Source: Gonapodya sp. JEL0774 | Taxonomy: Eukaryota | NCBI GenBank assembly: GCA_027604505.1 | Contig: JADIIX010000001.1 | Span: forward strand, 310,001-374,000 | Length of the DNA stretch: 64,000 nucleotides | Direction: 5' to 3' | Shown: positions 60,601 through 64,000 of the stretch, one piece after another | Layout: the number at the start of each line of letters is the position of its first letter | Position numbering within the stretch: position 1 is the first letter of the stretch | Notes under the pieces: model-generated | What the model saw: only the letters and a program-made list of their open reading frames with translations | What the model was told of the DNA's origin: nothing | Database searches by the model: none | Translations under genes and position numbers: made by a program

Positions 60601-63600
60601 CTGCCTTCTTCTTGTCCCTGTCGGAAGCTATGCTTCCGGAAGTTTCAGACTCCGACTCCGATTTCTGTCCCTTCTGCGACCGCCAGTTGGCAAGTTTCGC
60701 CCGAATGCGTTCCGTTCCCAGATGCTCGAAAAATCTGAGAGCTCGGTTGATGAACGGGAGAATGTCCCTCACTTCATTCATCAGTGGACCGTCTGAAGGG
60801 GCCCGCTGCGATTCATCCCCACGATCCGCCAAGTCCATTAAAATATCCAGCAATGTCTGATTCATCCCTTTCCGGTCCATTAGATCGTCAAACGACACCG
60901 AACATGCCAAATCCACAAAGCGATGATCGTTTGCTCCTGCAAATTGCTCCTCCGCCAAAGCGACCAAAAGTAAATGTGCAGCTGCGCTTAGTATGAACTC
61001 GGCTGATGGCACTTTTGGACGCGCATGTGATGAACCACCAGAGCCCGTTGATTGCCTGGTTGTGGCGTTATATAACGAATAGTAAATAATCTGCACAAAT
61101 AGTGGAGATTGAACGATACTGCCGATATTGGCAAATAACGTCCCTGGAGGGATCATCGTGGGCCGTGGTATCGTCGGTTCCCAAGCAACACCACGAGCTG
61201 CTAGCTTTGCACTTCGTGCCTTCAAAGCCTAAATTCATCAAAAGTATTCGCATACTGTTGATTGTGAAAATACAGTTGCACCGATAAAAGCTCTCACCTC
61301 CTCAACATCTTGCCTCTGGTTTCGACTGTATTGAGCAAACCAAGGATCCACTTCGTCCCAACACGTCTCTTTCAGCTCATACAACCCCACTTCTCGTGTT
61401 CCTTCAGGTTGTTTGAAGTTCGCGACTTCTGACAGTATCTTGTCAAAATGTTTCTCAAAATTGCGCATGACATCGTCCCTACTGGATGTTGTTGAGTAAA
61501 CTACCACATCATTTTTGGATGAGATATTTCGCACGATATCCGAATGGACTGAGTTGATTCCAGGTTGAGTTGCCATCTGTCACTTCGCTCAAAAAATAAC
61601 CTTACCTCCACCGCCATTCTTCCAGTAGAGAGCCAGCTGATGCACGAGTTCCCTTCGCGTTTGCTGTTCCCAACTCAAACCAGCGATCCTTGTCCTCTCG
61701 GTGAGAATCAATATCAACAGCTCCAGCAGTTCTTCGGCCATAGTGGATTCTTGCTCGGGATCCATTCCAAGCGTGGAAGACCCAAAACTGCCCGAAAACC
61801 ACTGCTCCAAATCGAATCGCCGAATGAGAGATCCAAGAAATCGAGTTGCAGGTAGACAGGCAGCGAATGCTTGAAGAAGAAACACATCTTGGTCCCGACC
61901 AAGCTGCCCCGAAAAGAGAGTGTCCTAAATCTCATGAGTGCACACAGCATCAAACCAAACACACCTCTCTGAGTTCCCGCCTTCGATAGTTCGAGTCTTG
62001 GTCCTTCATTGAGCCACCGTTCCTCACCCACATTCCAGCACGCACTTGGCCTGAAAATGAAAGAACTCTCATTGAATAGTCAAATATTCGATGAAGTCGG
62101 TCATCACTCGGCTCCGTATTGGTATCCGACGCAAGACCCAGCAGACTGCTCCAGGACCCTGCAGACACAGGCAGAGACTCGGCACCGAAGGTGACAGCAT
62201 CTCTAGCAAAATGTACCGAAGCAGAGAGCAACTCGGCTAACAACCAATGGACAGGATGATGGTAACTCAAGAAGTATGGACTGTGGCCTGCTGGAGAGCC
62301 GCCTACTATGAAGGCAGGTATCTTGAAAGAACCACCAACAGCATACAACGGCGACACAACATCCCACGCCCCACTATCAGGTTCTAGCTGTGCCTGCGCA
62401 GCACACCAACTATCCAGCCAAGCAACTGTTGCCCTCACTGCTTCCCTCCAACTCTGGAAGTCTCTCTGTAATGAATCTGCAGGCGATTCAGCTGCAGCAT
62501 CCGCTCCATCATACTCTCCCGTCGGCGCAAGCGCTGCAGCGATAATCCACACCAACCTCCCAGTATGTATGGCAACACCGAAGGCGTGGATCCAGGCGAG
62601 ATCCTCATAATCAACATGTGCACCAAGCTTACGTGCTTGTGGATTCATGCGTTGCCAAACACCCAGCGTGTCGAGCACCCATGGAATGAAATCTTTGACA
62701 CGATCACGAAAAATGCGCTTACGGACTGGCGGAGCAGATAAAAGGTAACCGATGTCAGAGAACAGATGAGCGGTGCGTTTCGACTTAAAAATCATCGAGT
62801 TCGCTGGTAAAGCCGGATAGTGGGGGGATCGATGGGTGAGGGAGAGGCGGAATGAGGCTTCTACACGATTTCGATTGAGAGAAACTTCCTGTCCAAGCGC
62901 GTCGGAAAGATAGAATGTCTTGAACACATTCAGCATTGTAAACAGAGCACGTGTACTTGACACCAAGTGGTCAGCAACGCTGGGGACTGTAAAGAGCTGA
63001 ACGCAGAAGAGAAATATGGAATGATCCGGCTCTCGGTCCAGAAAAGTGTGAGAATGAGCGATTGGAAGATAGTTGGCCGCAAATCGTGACCCTTAAAACC
63101 AAGCGAAAATTTCTTTGTTTGAGAGGAATACTGAACAGTTAACATCAGCTTACCGAAATCCTTTTTAGACCAACTATCGACCATCAACGTTCGGATGAAC
63201 AGATCTCTCATCATGTCCCTCAGTGATTTCCAGAGATTTCTGTCCACTCTCAGAAAGCTGTCCAATCTCGGCCTCACGCTCGGTCCTCCGGGGACTGGCG
63301 GGGGCAGGTTCACAACAGGTGCTGCCGACAAACCCGCCCACGCTGTTCGGTTGGTTCCGGCCAATGCGAGTGTTGGGGTAACTGATGCCACATTCTGCGA
63401 TTGTGTATCCCCCGGCTGGGCGCCAGTCGGAATGGGACCTGCATCGGGCTGGACAAGCGGTGCCCCGACGCCTGTAGTTGTGGCCGGCTGAGCAGCTGTT
63501 TGGGCACGAGCAGCTAGCATACCACGGATCTGCTCGGTCAATTGAGTGACCAGTGCCTGTGGCGCAGGAATCGCGGGAGTGTTTACAACCCCTCCTTCCC

Positions 63601-64000
63601 CAGGATTGGCTTGTCCTCCTACGTCAGGTGTATCACCACCCTGTGTCCTTCCAACAATTGCTTCCTCAATCACCAATCTCAGAGCCTCCTCAAATCCGTC
63701 TTGAGTCTGCTGTGCGTTGACGTCGGGTGCAACAATAGCGATTTCGGCAACATCCGCGGGCTCCATATTTTCGTCGTCATCCTCATCATCCTCCTCCTCA
63801 TTTTCATCATCGTCCTCATCCATTTCATCGTAATCGTCATCATCGTCCTCGTCAATTTCCAACACGCCATCCATTGCCCAGGCCGGTGTGTCCGGGTCAG
63901 CCACTATAGGAGCCGGTCGGTTGGCAGGAAGGAGCTCTTCAATGTTTGCGTTGAGAATACCATCGGGTTCCAAGACAGGGTGGAGAACGTAATCGGGAGA
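57630..64000 (-). CDS. UBR1: N-end rule E3 ubiquitin ligase UBR1 (5' part outside the window)
   Basis: WQRMNPQARKLGAHVDYE, LSYHHPVHW, QVRAGMWVRNG, RRELVHQLA, LSEVANFKQP...GLYELK, KARQAAIMAQL, RING-H2 CIVCQ...TCGHLMHFRCF...YLCPLCK, PALCLLCG, PYLDSHGESD, RGRPLFLSQKR...IWDMGGWDRF* (TGA 57630-57632). Confidence 0.92.

Noticed and set aside
63770..63860. TCA/TCC/TCG triplet-rich tract
   Set aside because: It encodes the acidic D/E linker of UBR1.

Overview
Eukaryotic, intron-dense genomic DNA (short GT-AG introns, occasional GC-AG, micro-exons), most consistent with an early-diverging zoosporic fungus. The supporting genes are CBM1, YME2, Sfi1, TRAP1 and ankyrin-type NUDT12; the taxon is inferred, not proven. 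About 22 spliced protein-coding genes were reconstructed by hand: TRAP1 3' end, MSP-coiled-coil-SH3 protein, PPTase, NUDT12, SANT protein, MSH4, single-pass membrane protein, CBM1x2-GH16 glucanase, MAG1, MLKL-like pseudokinase, two hypothetical genes, P450, Zn-ADH, YME2, putative DNA-binding coiled-coil protein, FAHD1, an enoyl-CoA hydratase pseudogene, CysM-thioredoxin fusion, metallopeptidase-jacalin, Sfi1 and UBR1 (partial). No rRNA, tRNA, CRISPR or transposon was seen. Three items stand out. (1) An MLKL-like protein with four-helix bundle, brace and pseudokinase (HRD->HSA, DFG->DWG) plus an added SH3 domain, a candidate necroptosis-like executioner. (2) A bacterial-type cysteine synthase B fused to a TXNDC17/TRP14-like thioredoxin, a candidate one-chain thiosulfate-to-cysteine system. 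(3) A triplicated 35-aa Trp/Cys module in the GH16 enzyme that may be a new carbohydrate-binding module. Exon boundaries and family calls come from reading the sequence and from remembered motifs; no database search was run.
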